This document shows positions 54,496 to 62,918 of a stretch of DNA of 64,000 bases, in pieces. The notes under the pieces were generated by a model, which saw only the letters and a program-made list of their open reading frames with translations, did not search any database and had not been told where the DNA came from. Within the stretch, counting starts at the first letter, position 1. Each line of letters begins with the position of its first letter. A program made the position numbers and the translations under genes. This stretch comes from Chitinophagaceae bacterium (lineage in GTDB: Bacteria > Bacteroidota > Bacteroidia > Chitinophagales > Chitinophagaceae), in the NCBI GenBank assembly GCA_009885535.1, contig VFKL01000106.1, forward strand, positions 83 through 64,082. The letters run 5' to 3'.

Positions 54496-55670
54496 AAAAA
54501 AGACTTGCAATAGTTACTTCACATCCAATTCAATATAATGCGCCTTTGTTCGAATTATTAACACAAAGAGGCGTAGTTGAGGTTAAGGTTTTTTATACTT
54601 GGGGTAAATCCGTTTTGTTAAATAAATTTGATCCTGGTTTTGGTAAAGTAATCAATTGGGATATAGATTTATTAAAAGGATATGCTTATACATTTATTCA
54701 CAACATTTCTGCAAATCCAGGGTCGCATCATTTTAATGGAATTGATAATCCAACACTTAATCATGAAATAGAATTATGGAAAGCAGATGCCGTTTTGATT
54801 TATGGTTGGAGCTTTAAAAGTCACCTAAATTGTATGCGCTATTTTAAAGGTAAATTGCCCGTTTGTTTTAGAGGGGATTCAACTTTATTGGATAAAAAAA
54901 ATACATTCAAATCTATTTTTCGAAAATTATTTCTTAAATGGGTTTATCATTATATTGATTATGCCTTTTATGTAGGTGATAGTAATTTGGATTATTACAA
55001 AAAAAACGGCGTAAAGAAACATAAACTGATTTTTGCCCCTCATGCAATTGATAACAATCGTTTTGCTTCTAGTGAAAAAACAAAATACCAAGCTATTGAA
55101 TTCCGAAATTCATTAAACATAAATGAATCGGATTTTGTTTTTCTATTTGCGGGTAAACTAGAACCCAAAAAGAATCCCGAATTATTATTGGAAGCATTTA
55201 TTTTAGCATCATTTGACAAAAATATACACCTCGTTTTTGTTGGAAATGGCGAATTGGAAAAATCTTTAAAATCCCAATCATTTTCAAATAAAAACATCCA
55301 TTTTTTAAATTTTCAAAACCAATCGAATATGCCAGGCATATACGAAATGGCTGATTTTTTTGTACTCCCATCTGCAGGTCCTGGTGAATCTTGGGGACTA
55401 TCCGTAAATGAGGCAATGGCTAATGGTAAATCAATTTTGGTAAGTGATAAATGTGGTTGTGCCCGCAATTTAGTTGTACAAGGTTTAAATGGATTTATTT
55501 TTCAATCACAAAATGGAAATCAATTAAAATCAATACTTGCACAAGTTGTTGAAAATAAATCAATAGACAATAAAATGGGAAAAGCTTCTCTTGAAATAAT
55601 TAAAGATTTCACTTTCGAAAAATTAGCCAAAGCAATTGAAAATAAATTGAATTTAAGTCGTTTAAATTAA
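54489..55670 (+). CDS. glycosyltransferase family 4
   Basis: 393 aa. 'FLFAGKLEPKKNPELLLEAF' and 'LPSAGPGESWGLSVNEAMANGKSILVSDKCG'. Confidence 0.8.
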   Translation: MLKKRLAIVTSHPIQYNAPLFELLTQRGVVEVKVFYTWGKSVLLNKFDPGFGKVINWDIDLLKGYAYTFIHNISANPGSHHFNGIDNPTLNHEIELWKADAVLIYGWSFKSHLNCMRYFKGKLPVCFRGDSTLLDKKNTFKSIFRKLFLKWVYHYIDYAFYVGDSNLDYYKKNGVKKHKLIFAPHAIDNNRFASSEKTKYQAIEFRNSLNINESDFVFLFAGKLEPKKNPELLLEAFILASFDKNIHLVFVGNGELEKSLKSQSFSNKNIHFLNFQNQSNMPGIYEMADFFVLPSAGPGESWGLSVNEAMANGKSILVSDKCGCARNLVVQGLNGFIFQSQNGNQLKSILAQVVENKSIDNKMGKASLEIIKDFTFEKLAKAIENKLNLSRLN

Positions 55671-55678
55671 AGAAATTA

Positions 55679-56569
55679 ATGTCTGAAGTTATTTGCAAAT
55701 TGCCTAAAGCCGGATTGGGTAATCAATTGTTTCCATTGATGCACGCTGCAGTATTTGCCAAAATAAATAATTTGCCTTTATTAATAATTGGGTATCATCA
55801 ATTTAAAGTTGGGCCTTATCTAAGAGGCGAAAAATCAAAACGTAAATACACCGGTTTTTTCAAGTTTGAAAAAAATATATTTTTTGCTTTTTATGATGAA
55901 TTGAAAGTGAAAAATATTTTGAAAAATAATGAAGTCGTTTATGAGCCGCAACTTTTAAAACTAACTTCTACTCAAAAAAATAACAAGGTATTTTTTTTTG
56001 AAAAAATGCCAACTTATCATGATTATTTCATTCATCTAAAACCTCATCGTAATCTGGTAATTGAATTAATGAATGAAATGATATCGGAAAAGATTGTCGA
56101 AAAACAAACAACTACTACTCATCAAGAAATAGGCGTACATATTAGGATGGGTGATTTTAGAAAATTAAATGTTGGAGAGGAATTTAAAGGAGGCCATGTT
56201 AGAACACCTGAAAGTTATTTTGTAAATATTATAAATGGAATTAGAATTGTACTTGATCTTGAAATGAAGGTTGATATTTTTACTGATGGGTATAAAAATG
56301 AATTCGAAAGTATTTTTAATTTGAAAAATATTGATTTTGTAGAAGGTAAAAATGATTTATTGGATATGTTATTATTGAGTAAAAGTAAAATCATTGTTAT
56401 TTCAACTGGAAGTACGTTTTCATATTGGGCAGGATTTTTATCAAATGCGCCTATAATCTTGCATCCGGATCATATTCACTCACGTATAAGAGATGTGGAT
56501 GAAAATGGGTTGCATTTTGAGGGCGGTTTTGAACAAGCTGTGAATTGGCTAAAAATAAATAGGATATGA
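55679..56569 (+). CDS. GT11-like alpha-1,2-fucosyltransferase (putative)
   Basis: 296 aa. The N-terminal 'AGLGNQLFPLMHAAVFA' and 'GVHIRMGDF' resemble GT11 motifs I and II. This fits the presence of fcl in the locus. Confidence 0.55.
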   Translation: MSEVICKLPKAGLGNQLFPLMHAAVFAKINNLPLLIIGYHQFKVGPYLRGEKSKRKYTGFFKFEKNIFFAFYDELKVKNILKNNEVVYEPQLLKLTSTQKNNKVFFFEKMPTYHDYFIHLKPHRNLVIELMNEMISEKIVEKQTTTTHQEIGVHIRMGDFRKLNVGEEFKGGHVRTPESYFVNIINGIRIVLDLEMKVDIFTDGYKNEFESIFNLKNIDFVEGKNDLLDMLLLSKSKIIVISTGSTFSYWAGFLSNAPIILHPDHIHSRIRDVDENGLHFEGGFEQAVNWLKINRI

Positions 56570-57303
56570 AAAAAGAAACAATAAACAAAGTGCTTCGTCG
56601 ATTTGGGGTTGAATTACATGGATTAGGATTTATACAATCGCTAAAAAAAGTAGAATTTCAACAAAATGCATTTGATGTTCAAAAAGAATTATTGTTGAGT
56701 ACGCCGAAAGTGATTTTTGACATTGGTGCTAACAGAGGAGATACCGCAATAAAATATTCAATTCTATTTCCTTTAGCATCTATTTATGCTTTTGAACCTT
56801 TTTTAGAAACCTTTCAAAAGCTTAATGATAATGTAAATGAAATGCCTAAAATCAGTACATATCAAATCGCTATTTCTGATAAAAAAGGAGAAACTGTTTT
56901 TTTTAGCAATAAAAATGAAGACACCAATTCTTTATTATCATCTTCAAAAATCGGATTGTCGTCCGACGAACAAGTGAAAACTATAGGGCAAACAAATGTA
57001 AATACAGAAACCATAGATGCATTTTGTTCCGACCATAAAATCGAAGGCATTGATATACTCAAAATGGATATTCAAGGCGCCGAGCTTTTAGCATTAAAAG
57101 GGGCAACTGGTTTACTTTCAGAAAAAAAAATAAAGGCAATATATACAGAAACATATTTTAGAAGACAATATAATAATCAACCATTATTTCATGAAATCTC
57201 AGCATTTCTTGCTCTGTATGGATATTATTTACAAGATATTTATTCGCCCATTTATGGTAACGGGAAAATCGCTTGGTGCGATGCGATTTTTTTACCAGAA
57301 TAA
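56566..57303 (+). CDS. FkbM-family methyltransferase
   Basis: 245 aa. 'VIFDIGANRGDTAI...IYAFEP' and 'IDILKMDIQGAELLALKGA'. It joins the upstream gene through an ATGA overlap. Confidence 0.8.
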   Translation: MKKETINKVLRRFGVELHGLGFIQSLKKVEFQQNAFDVQKELLLSTPKVIFDIGANRGDTAIKYSILFPLASIYAFEPFLETFQKLNDNVNEMPKISTYQIAISDKKGETVFFSNKNEDTNSLLSSSKIGLSSDEQVKTIGQTNVNTETIDAFCSDHKIEGIDILKMDIQGAELLALKGATGLLSEKKIKAIYTETYFRRQYNNQPLFHEISAFLALYGYYLQDIYSPIYGNGKIAWCDAIFLPE

Positions 57304-57323
57304 AATTTAATACTAAGTTTTTA

Positions 57324-58700
57324 ATGACTGATTTATTCAAAAAAGATGTACCAATTGATTGGCGAATTTATTTTGGAATCATAATTTTCACCAAATTGTT
57401 TTTTCCAGATCTCAGCTTATATAGTTTTTTTGCATTAATGATTGCGGCTTATCAATTTATGCTGTTGTTTTACTCCATTGGATTTATTTTGCCGGTTAGA
57501 TATTTAGCTGGTTCTCTAATGTGTGTGCAAATGCTTGTGGGACCAGCGTTTGCATATAATGGATTAGATGAATATCAATTGGGTTTTTTAAAAATGCAAG
57601 TGGAAGAAACAATATATTTCAGCTATGTTATTCCTGCTACAATTATGTTTTTGATAGGATTACGAATAAAATTCAATCAAAATGTTTCAGACGAATTTAT
57701 TAATATCAATCAATTAAAAGCATATGTGAAAAATAATCAACAAACCATGTATACGTTTATTGTAATTGGTTTTATTTCAAGTTTGGTTTCTCCATTTTTT
57801 AGTTCTGAGATAGGATTTGTCTTTACCTTATTAGGTTCATTTAAATTTGTAGGGTTATTTATGATTATTCTAGGGGATAATAAATTAAAACCCATTTCAT
57901 TATTTGTAGTATTGTCATCAATAATTTTAAGTTCTTTAGGTCAAGCCATGTTTCATGACTTGATAATTTGGATGTTATTTATGGGATCTGTATTTTCTAT
58001 AAAATATAAGCCATCTAATTATTTGAAATTTGTGTTAGCCGTTTTTTTTATTGCTATTGCCATTTTTATTCAAATGCTAAAAGGGGATTATCGAGAAGCC
58101 ACTTGGAAAGAAGGGAAGGAAGGGAACGTAACCAATTTTGCTGCAACTACAAAAACGAAAAGTGATCAAAACCAATTATTTACTTTTGAAAAACTTAAAC
58201 AAAGTAACATCAGAATTAATCAAGGATTTATTATTACAAATATCATGAATAATGTTCCCGAAAAAGAAAATTATTCAAATGGAAAAGAGTTAATGCAAAT
58301 ACTTGAAGCTGCTGTATTACCCAGGGTAATTGCGCCCAATAAATTAAATGCTGGTGATCGCTTTTTTTTCATGAAATGGGCAGGATTTCCAATTGCTGCA
58401 GGTACTTCAATGGGTTTGAGTTCTGTTGGAGATGGGTATGTGAATTTTGGTAAATTTGGCGGAATGGTATTTATGTTTTTTTTAGGCCTCTTATTTAGTT
58501 ATGTAGTTTCTATTTTTTATAAACACAGTTTCGTATACCCAATTTTGTACTTATTTCCAACTTTGGTTTTTTATTATCCAATGCGTGCCGACTGTGAACT
58601 TCAAACAATACTAGGCCATCTGGTGAAATCTTGCTTTTTGATATTTGTACTATTAAAAGTTTGGAAAAGTTATTTTGTTTTGAAAACAACATCGAATTGA
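57324..58700 (+). CDS. polytopic Wzy / O-antigen-ligase-like membrane protein
   Basis: It has about 10 hydrophobic helices and a large hydrophilic loop, 'KGDYREATWKEGKEG...RVIAPNKLNAGDRFFF'. It shows no Wzx/MATE-like pattern. The ORF is open from 57273. I chose ATG 57324 ('MTDLFKKD') because it avoids overlap with the upstream gene. Confidence 0.5.
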   Translation: MTDLFKKDVPIDWRIYFGIIIFTKLFFPDLSLYSFFALMIAAYQFMLLFYSIGFILPVRYLAGSLMCVQMLVGPAFAYNGLDEYQLGFLKMQVEETIYFSYVIPATIMFLIGLRIKFNQNVSDEFININQLKAYVKNNQQTMYTFIVIGFISSLVSPFFSSEIGFVFTLLGSFKFVGLFMIILGDNKLKPISLFVVLSSIILSSLGQAMFHDLIIWMLFMGSVFSIKYKPSNYLKFVLAVFFIAIAIFIQMLKGDYREATWKEGKEGNVTNFAATTKTKSDQNQLFTFEKLKQSNIRINQGFIITNIMNNVPEKENYSNGKELMQILEAAVLPRVIAPNKLNAGDRFFFMKWAGFPIAAGTSMGLSSVGDGYVNFGKFGGMVFMFFLGLLFSYVVSIFYKHSFVYPILYLFPTLVFYYPMRADCELQTILGHLVKSCFLIFVLLKVWKSYFVLKTTSN

Positions 58701-59812
58701 CCACCCTCATCTCCATACCTTGGTTTACACCCGCTTATCTTGCTGGAGGTCCTATTCAATCCGTTTTTACCATGGTAAACAATTGCGATGAGTTGGATTT
58801 TAAAATAATTACCAGTAACTCAGATATGAATTATGTGCCATTAAAAAATATCTCGGTGAATGAATGGACTGATTTCAATAACCAAACTAAAGTTTTTTAT
58901 GGAGATAAGCAGTTGTCTTTATTTAAACACATACAATTAATAAAATCTATAAAAGCCAATGCCGTTTTCTTAATTGGCATTTATTCTTTAAGGTTTACCA
59001 TTTTACCAATTTTGTTTTCACGCTCCGCAAACATCATCCTCTCCGCTAGAGGCATGCTTCATCCGCCTGCGCTCCGTCAAAAAGCATTTAAAAAGAAACT
59101 TTATCTTGCTTTTTTAAAACCTATTTTGAAATGGAAAAAAGTTTCATTTCATGCTACCGACGAAATTGAAAAAAAACATATTCTTGCTGTAATGGGAAAC
59201 AAAGCTAAAGTTTGGGTGGCTCAAAATATTCCAAACATTCGAAAATCAAATGTTTTATTTAAGTCAGAAGGCGTTATCAATTTATTAACTGTAGCCCTTA
59301 TTGGCCCGATGAAAAATCATTTGCAAATTTTAAAAGCGTTAAAAGATTGCAAGTATAATATTCAATATGATATTTGCGGCCCTATTTATTTTCCAGATTA
59401 TTGGAATGAATGTTTAGATGTAATTAAACAATTACCATCCAATGTTAAAGTTGTTTATCATGGGCCAATACCTCCAAATGAATTGGATTCTTTTTATACC
59501 AATGCACATGTTTTCATTTGTCCGAGTCAAAGTGAAAACTTTGGTCACGCTTTATTCGAAGGGCTCAGTGCTGGAAAACCACTTATAACCAGCAACAATA
59601 CACCGTGGAACGATTTGAAAAAAAATAATGCAGGATTGAATGTAGATCCAATTGCTGAGCAGTTAAAAGCCGCTATTGATTTTTTTGCAGAAATGAATGA
59701 AACGGAGTATTCAAAATGTAGTGTCGCAGCTAATAAATATGCAACAAACGCAATTGACATAACACAAATTAAAAAATCCTATCATCAAATGTTCCATCAT
59801 AATGAAGGATAA
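58697..59812 (+). CDS. glycosyltransferase family 4
   Basis: 'ISIPWFTPAYLAGGPIQSV' is a GT4 N-terminus, and 'CPSQSENFGHALFEGLSAGKPLITSNNTPW' is also present. The ORF is open from 58631. TTG 58697 overlaps the upstream stop (ATTGA). Start confidence is low. Confidence 0.7.
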   Translation: MTTLISIPWFTPAYLAGGPIQSVFTMVNNCDELDFKIITSNSDMNYVPLKNISVNEWTDFNNQTKVFYGDKQLSLFKHIQLIKSIKANAVFLIGIYSLRFTILPILFSRSANIILSARGMLHPPALRQKAFKKKLYLAFLKPILKWKKVSFHATDEIEKKHILAVMGNKAKVWVAQNIPNIRKSNVLFKSEGVINLLTVALIGPMKNHLQILKALKDCKYNIQYDICGPIYFPDYWNECLDVIKQLPSNVKVVYHGPIPPNELDSFYTNAHVFICPSQSENFGHALFEGLSAGKPLITSNNTPWNDLKKNNAGLNVDPIAEQLKAAIDFFAEMNETEYSKCSVAANKYATNAIDITQIKKSYHQMFHHNEG

Positions 59813-60392
59813 TCTTTTATTTAAAAATTCAGATTTTAAGCAATTTATCATTAAGTTTTTTGCTGTGTTTGCTTTTCTGTATTTTGGAACATACTTCTGG
59901 ATTGGCTTTGTTGCGCCTGGTGGATATTATAGTGAGTTTGCTGCAAAATATTTAGATTATGTAAGCGCTATTAAAACATCACTTTTGATTGGAACCAAAA
60001 CATTGCTTTCATTTTTTGATATTCAAACTGCTCAATTCAATAATCATGTTATTCGATTTGTAAATGGAAAAGGCGTTCGAATTGCCTATGATTGTGTTGG
60101 TTATGGGGTATATAGTTTTTGGATTGCTTTTGTTGTTGCCAATAAATCGTCATTTACTCGAAAACTAGTTTGGACAATAATCGGATTGTTTTTGCTTTGG
60201 AGCGTAAATGTTATCAGAATAAGTCTCTTTTTAGTTTCCGTAAATAAAAATTGGGAAATGCCTTTAGGTATCAATCATCATGATTGGTTTACAATTGTTG
60301 CTTATCTAGTTATTTTTTTAATGATATTTGCATTCGATAAAAACAATAACAATCAAAAAAGAAATAAATCAGTTTACGAAAACCCTATTTAA
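59802..60392 (+). CDS. exosortase-family protein (short, XrtF-like)
   Basis: 196 aa and polytopic. 'RIAYDCVGYG' (Cys98, nt 60093-60095), 'SVNVIRISLFL' (Arg139) and 'GINHHDWF' (His159/160) occur in the order and approximate spacing of the exosortase/archaeosortase catalytic Cys-Arg-His. It overlaps the upstream GT4 gene by 11 nt. Confidence 0.6.
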   Translation: MKDNLLFKNSDFKQFIIKFFAVFAFLYFGTYFWIGFVAPGGYYSEFAAKYLDYVSAIKTSLLIGTKTLLSFFDIQTAQFNNHVIRFVNGKGVRIAYDCVGYGVYSFWIAFVVANKSSFTRKLVWTIIGLFLLWSVNVIRISLFLVSVNKNWEMPLGINHHDWFTIVAYLVIFLMIFAFDKNNNNQKRNKSVYENPI

Positions 60393-60413
60393 AATTAAAT
60401 CGTTTCTCATTAA

Positions 60414-62141
60414 ATGAATATTATAGGAATAAACGCTTTTCACGCCGATGCATCTGCAGCCATTTTTGTAAATGGAAAAATGATTGCAGCAATTGAAGAA
60501 GAACGTTTTAGAAGAGTAAAACATTGGGCAGGATTTCCAGAATTAGCGATTAAATTTTGCTTAAATGAAGCTGGGATTGGCATTGAAGAAGTTGATTATT
60601 TTGCTATTGGTAGAAATACAAACGTAAAACTATTTAAGAAATTAATTTACGTAGCTAAAAATCCTTTTGGAAATTTTAGCGCCATTAAAGAAAGATTCAT
60701 CAATCGTAAAAAAGTATCTTCCATTGAAGAACAATTGGCTCAAGCATTTGGCATGTCGGCTTCTGATTTTTCTGGCAAAGTAATTAATGTTGAACATCAT
60801 AGAAGTCATTTGGCCTCTGCTTTTTTTCCTTCACCTTTTAAAGAAGCCGCTTGTTTATCCATTGATGGCTCTGGTGATTTTTCTACCGCCATGACTGCCA
60901 TTGGAAAAGGCAATAAAATTGAAGTCCTTCAATCTATTGATTTCCCACATTCTATTGGGTTGTGTTATACCGCATTTACCCAACTACTTGGATTTCCACA
61001 TTATGGCGATGAATACAAAGTAATGGGCATGGCGCCTTATGGATCACCAACATTTATGGACAAGTTACATGATGTGGTGAAACTTACCGATGATGGTTTA
61101 TTCAAATTGAATTTAAAATATTTCAGAAGCGCAACCTCTGGTATTATTGATTATGGGGAAGATTTCATTCCCGTTGTAGCGCCAATGTTCAGTGATTACA
61201 TGATTGAAAAGTTTGGACAACCACGCAAAAAAGATGAGCCATTAACTCAAGCACATAAAGATCTAGCAGCATCTGTTCAAAGAATGACGGAACAGGTTCT
61301 TTTTCACATGCTCAATCATCTACATAAAAAAACCGGATTAGAGAGTGTATGCATTGCCGGTGGTGTGGCGCAAAATAGTGTAGCCAATGGTAAGATTACC
61401 AGAAACACGCCATTTAAAAATGTATATATTCCTTCTGCAGGTCATGATGCGGGAATATCAATGGGCGCAGGGATGTACACGCATCATCAACATTTAAATT
61501 TACCTAGAATTGAACCTATTTTTTCTGCATACACAGGAAGCCATTTTTCAAATTCAGAAATAAAAGAAATTTTAATCGCAAAGAATATCAATTTCAATTT
61601 TGTTGAAGATGTTGATTTGTATGATCAGGTTTCGGATTGTATGATAAATGGTGGGGTAGTAGGATGGATGAGTGGACGTGCAGAATTTGGCCCTCGTGCT
61701 TTAGGTGGGAGGTCAATTTTAGCCGATCCAAGAAGACAAGACGCCAAAGAATTGTTGAATTCGAAAATTAAAAGAAGAGAAAGCTTCAGACCATTTGCAC
61801 CATCAATTTTAAAAGAATATGTTTCCGAGTTTTTTGAATTGGATGAACCCGTGCCATTTATGGAAAAAGTGTTTCCAATTAAAAAAGATAAACAGCATTT
61901 AATTCCTGCAGTTACCCATGTTGATGGCACTGGAAGATTACAGACTGTAGACAAATTAATCGCCCCAAGATATTATCAATTGATAGACACATTCAGAAAG
62001 AAAACGGGTATTCCGATTTTGTTAAATACGTCATTCAACGAAAACGAACCAATAGTCAATACACCCGAAGAAGCCCTAAATTGTTTTTTAAGAACCAATA
62101 TGGATATGCTTGTTCTTGAAAATTATATCATCACAAAATAA
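60414..62141 (+). CDS. carbamoyltransferase (NodU/CmcH family)
   Basis: 575 aa. 'IIGINAFHADASAAIFVNGKMIAAIEEERFRRVKHWAGFP' and 'GPRALGGRSILADP'. Confidence 0.85.
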   Translation: MNIIGINAFHADASAAIFVNGKMIAAIEEERFRRVKHWAGFPELAIKFCLNEAGIGIEEVDYFAIGRNTNVKLFKKLIYVAKNPFGNFSAIKERFINRKKVSSIEEQLAQAFGMSASDFSGKVINVEHHRSHLASAFFPSPFKEAACLSIDGSGDFSTAMTAIGKGNKIEVLQSIDFPHSIGLCYTAFTQLLGFPHYGDEYKVMGMAPYGSPTFMDKLHDVVKLTDDGLFKLNLKYFRSATSGIIDYGEDFIPVVAPMFSDYMIEKFGQPRKKDEPLTQAHKDLAASVQRMTEQVLFHMLNHLHKKTGLESVCIAGGVAQNSVANGKITRNTPFKNVYIPSAGHDAGISMGAGMYTHHQHLNLPRIEPIFSAYTGSHFSNSEIKEILIAKNINFNFVEDVDLYDQVSDCMINGGVVGWMSGRAEFGPRALGGRSILADPRRQDAKELLNSKIKRRESFRPFAPSILKEYVSEFFELDEPVPFMEKVFPIKKDKQHLIPAVTHVDGTGRLQTVDKLIAPRYYQLIDTFRKKTGIPILLNTSFNENEPIVNTPEEALNCFLRTNMDMLVLENYIITK

Positions 62142-62160
62142 AGCAGTTTATCATTAAGAA

Positions 62161-62910
62161 ATGAAAATTACCATTATAACGGTTACGTATAACTGCGAAA
62201 AATATTTGGAACAATGTATTCAATCTGTACTCAATCAAAGCTATAAAAATGTTGAATATATAATTGTAGATGGCGGATCTAACGAACACACAATCAATAT
62301 TATAAAGAAATACGAAAATCGAATTTCAAAATGGATTTCTGAGCCAGATAATGGTATGTTTGATGCTTTAAACAAAGGAATGAAAATGGCAAAAGGCGAT
62401 GTGGTTGGTGTGTTGCATAGCGACGATGTTTTTGCCTCGGATGATGTATTGGAAACGATAGCCAATACGTTTCAAACCAAAAATGTTGATACGCTTTATG
62501 GTGATTTAAATTATGTTTACGAAGACGATATTTTTAAAATTTTCAGAAAGTGGGAAAGTAAACCATTTGATAGAAATTTATTTAAAACAGGTTGGATGCC
62601 CGCACATCCTGCATTTTATTTCAAAAGAACATTACTTGAAAAATATGGTGATTATAAGATTGAATTTTATTCAGCGTCGGATTATGAATTCATGGCGAGG
62701 TATTTATATAAACACAACTTAAGTACCATTTATCTTCCTAAGCTGATTATTAGAATGCGTAAGGGAGGTTTGAGTAATAATAATTTCTTAAAGAGAATAG
62801 AAGCAAACCGAAATGATTATAAAGCGATGAAAGCAAATGGAATACCGTTTCCATTATTTGTTTCTATATTAAAACCTTTGAGTAAATTACACCAATACTA
62901 TAAAAAATAA
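62161..62910 (+). CDS. glycosyltransferase family 2
   Basis: 249 aa. 'ITIITVTYNCEKYLEQCIQSVLNQSY...IVDGGSNE' and 'HSDD'. Confidence 0.8.
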   Translation: MKITIITVTYNCEKYLEQCIQSVLNQSYKNVEYIIVDGGSNEHTINIIKKYENRISKWISEPDNGMFDALNKGMKMAKGDVVGVLHSDDVFASDDVLETIANTFQTKNVDTLYGDLNYVYEDDIFKIFRKWESKPFDRNLFKTGWMPAHPAFYFKRTLLEKYGDYKIEFYSASDYEFMARYLYKHNLSTIYLPKLIIRMRKGGLSNNNFLKRIEANRNDYKAMKANGIPFPLFVSILKPLSKLHQYYKK

Positions 62911-62918
62911 TTTTTAAG

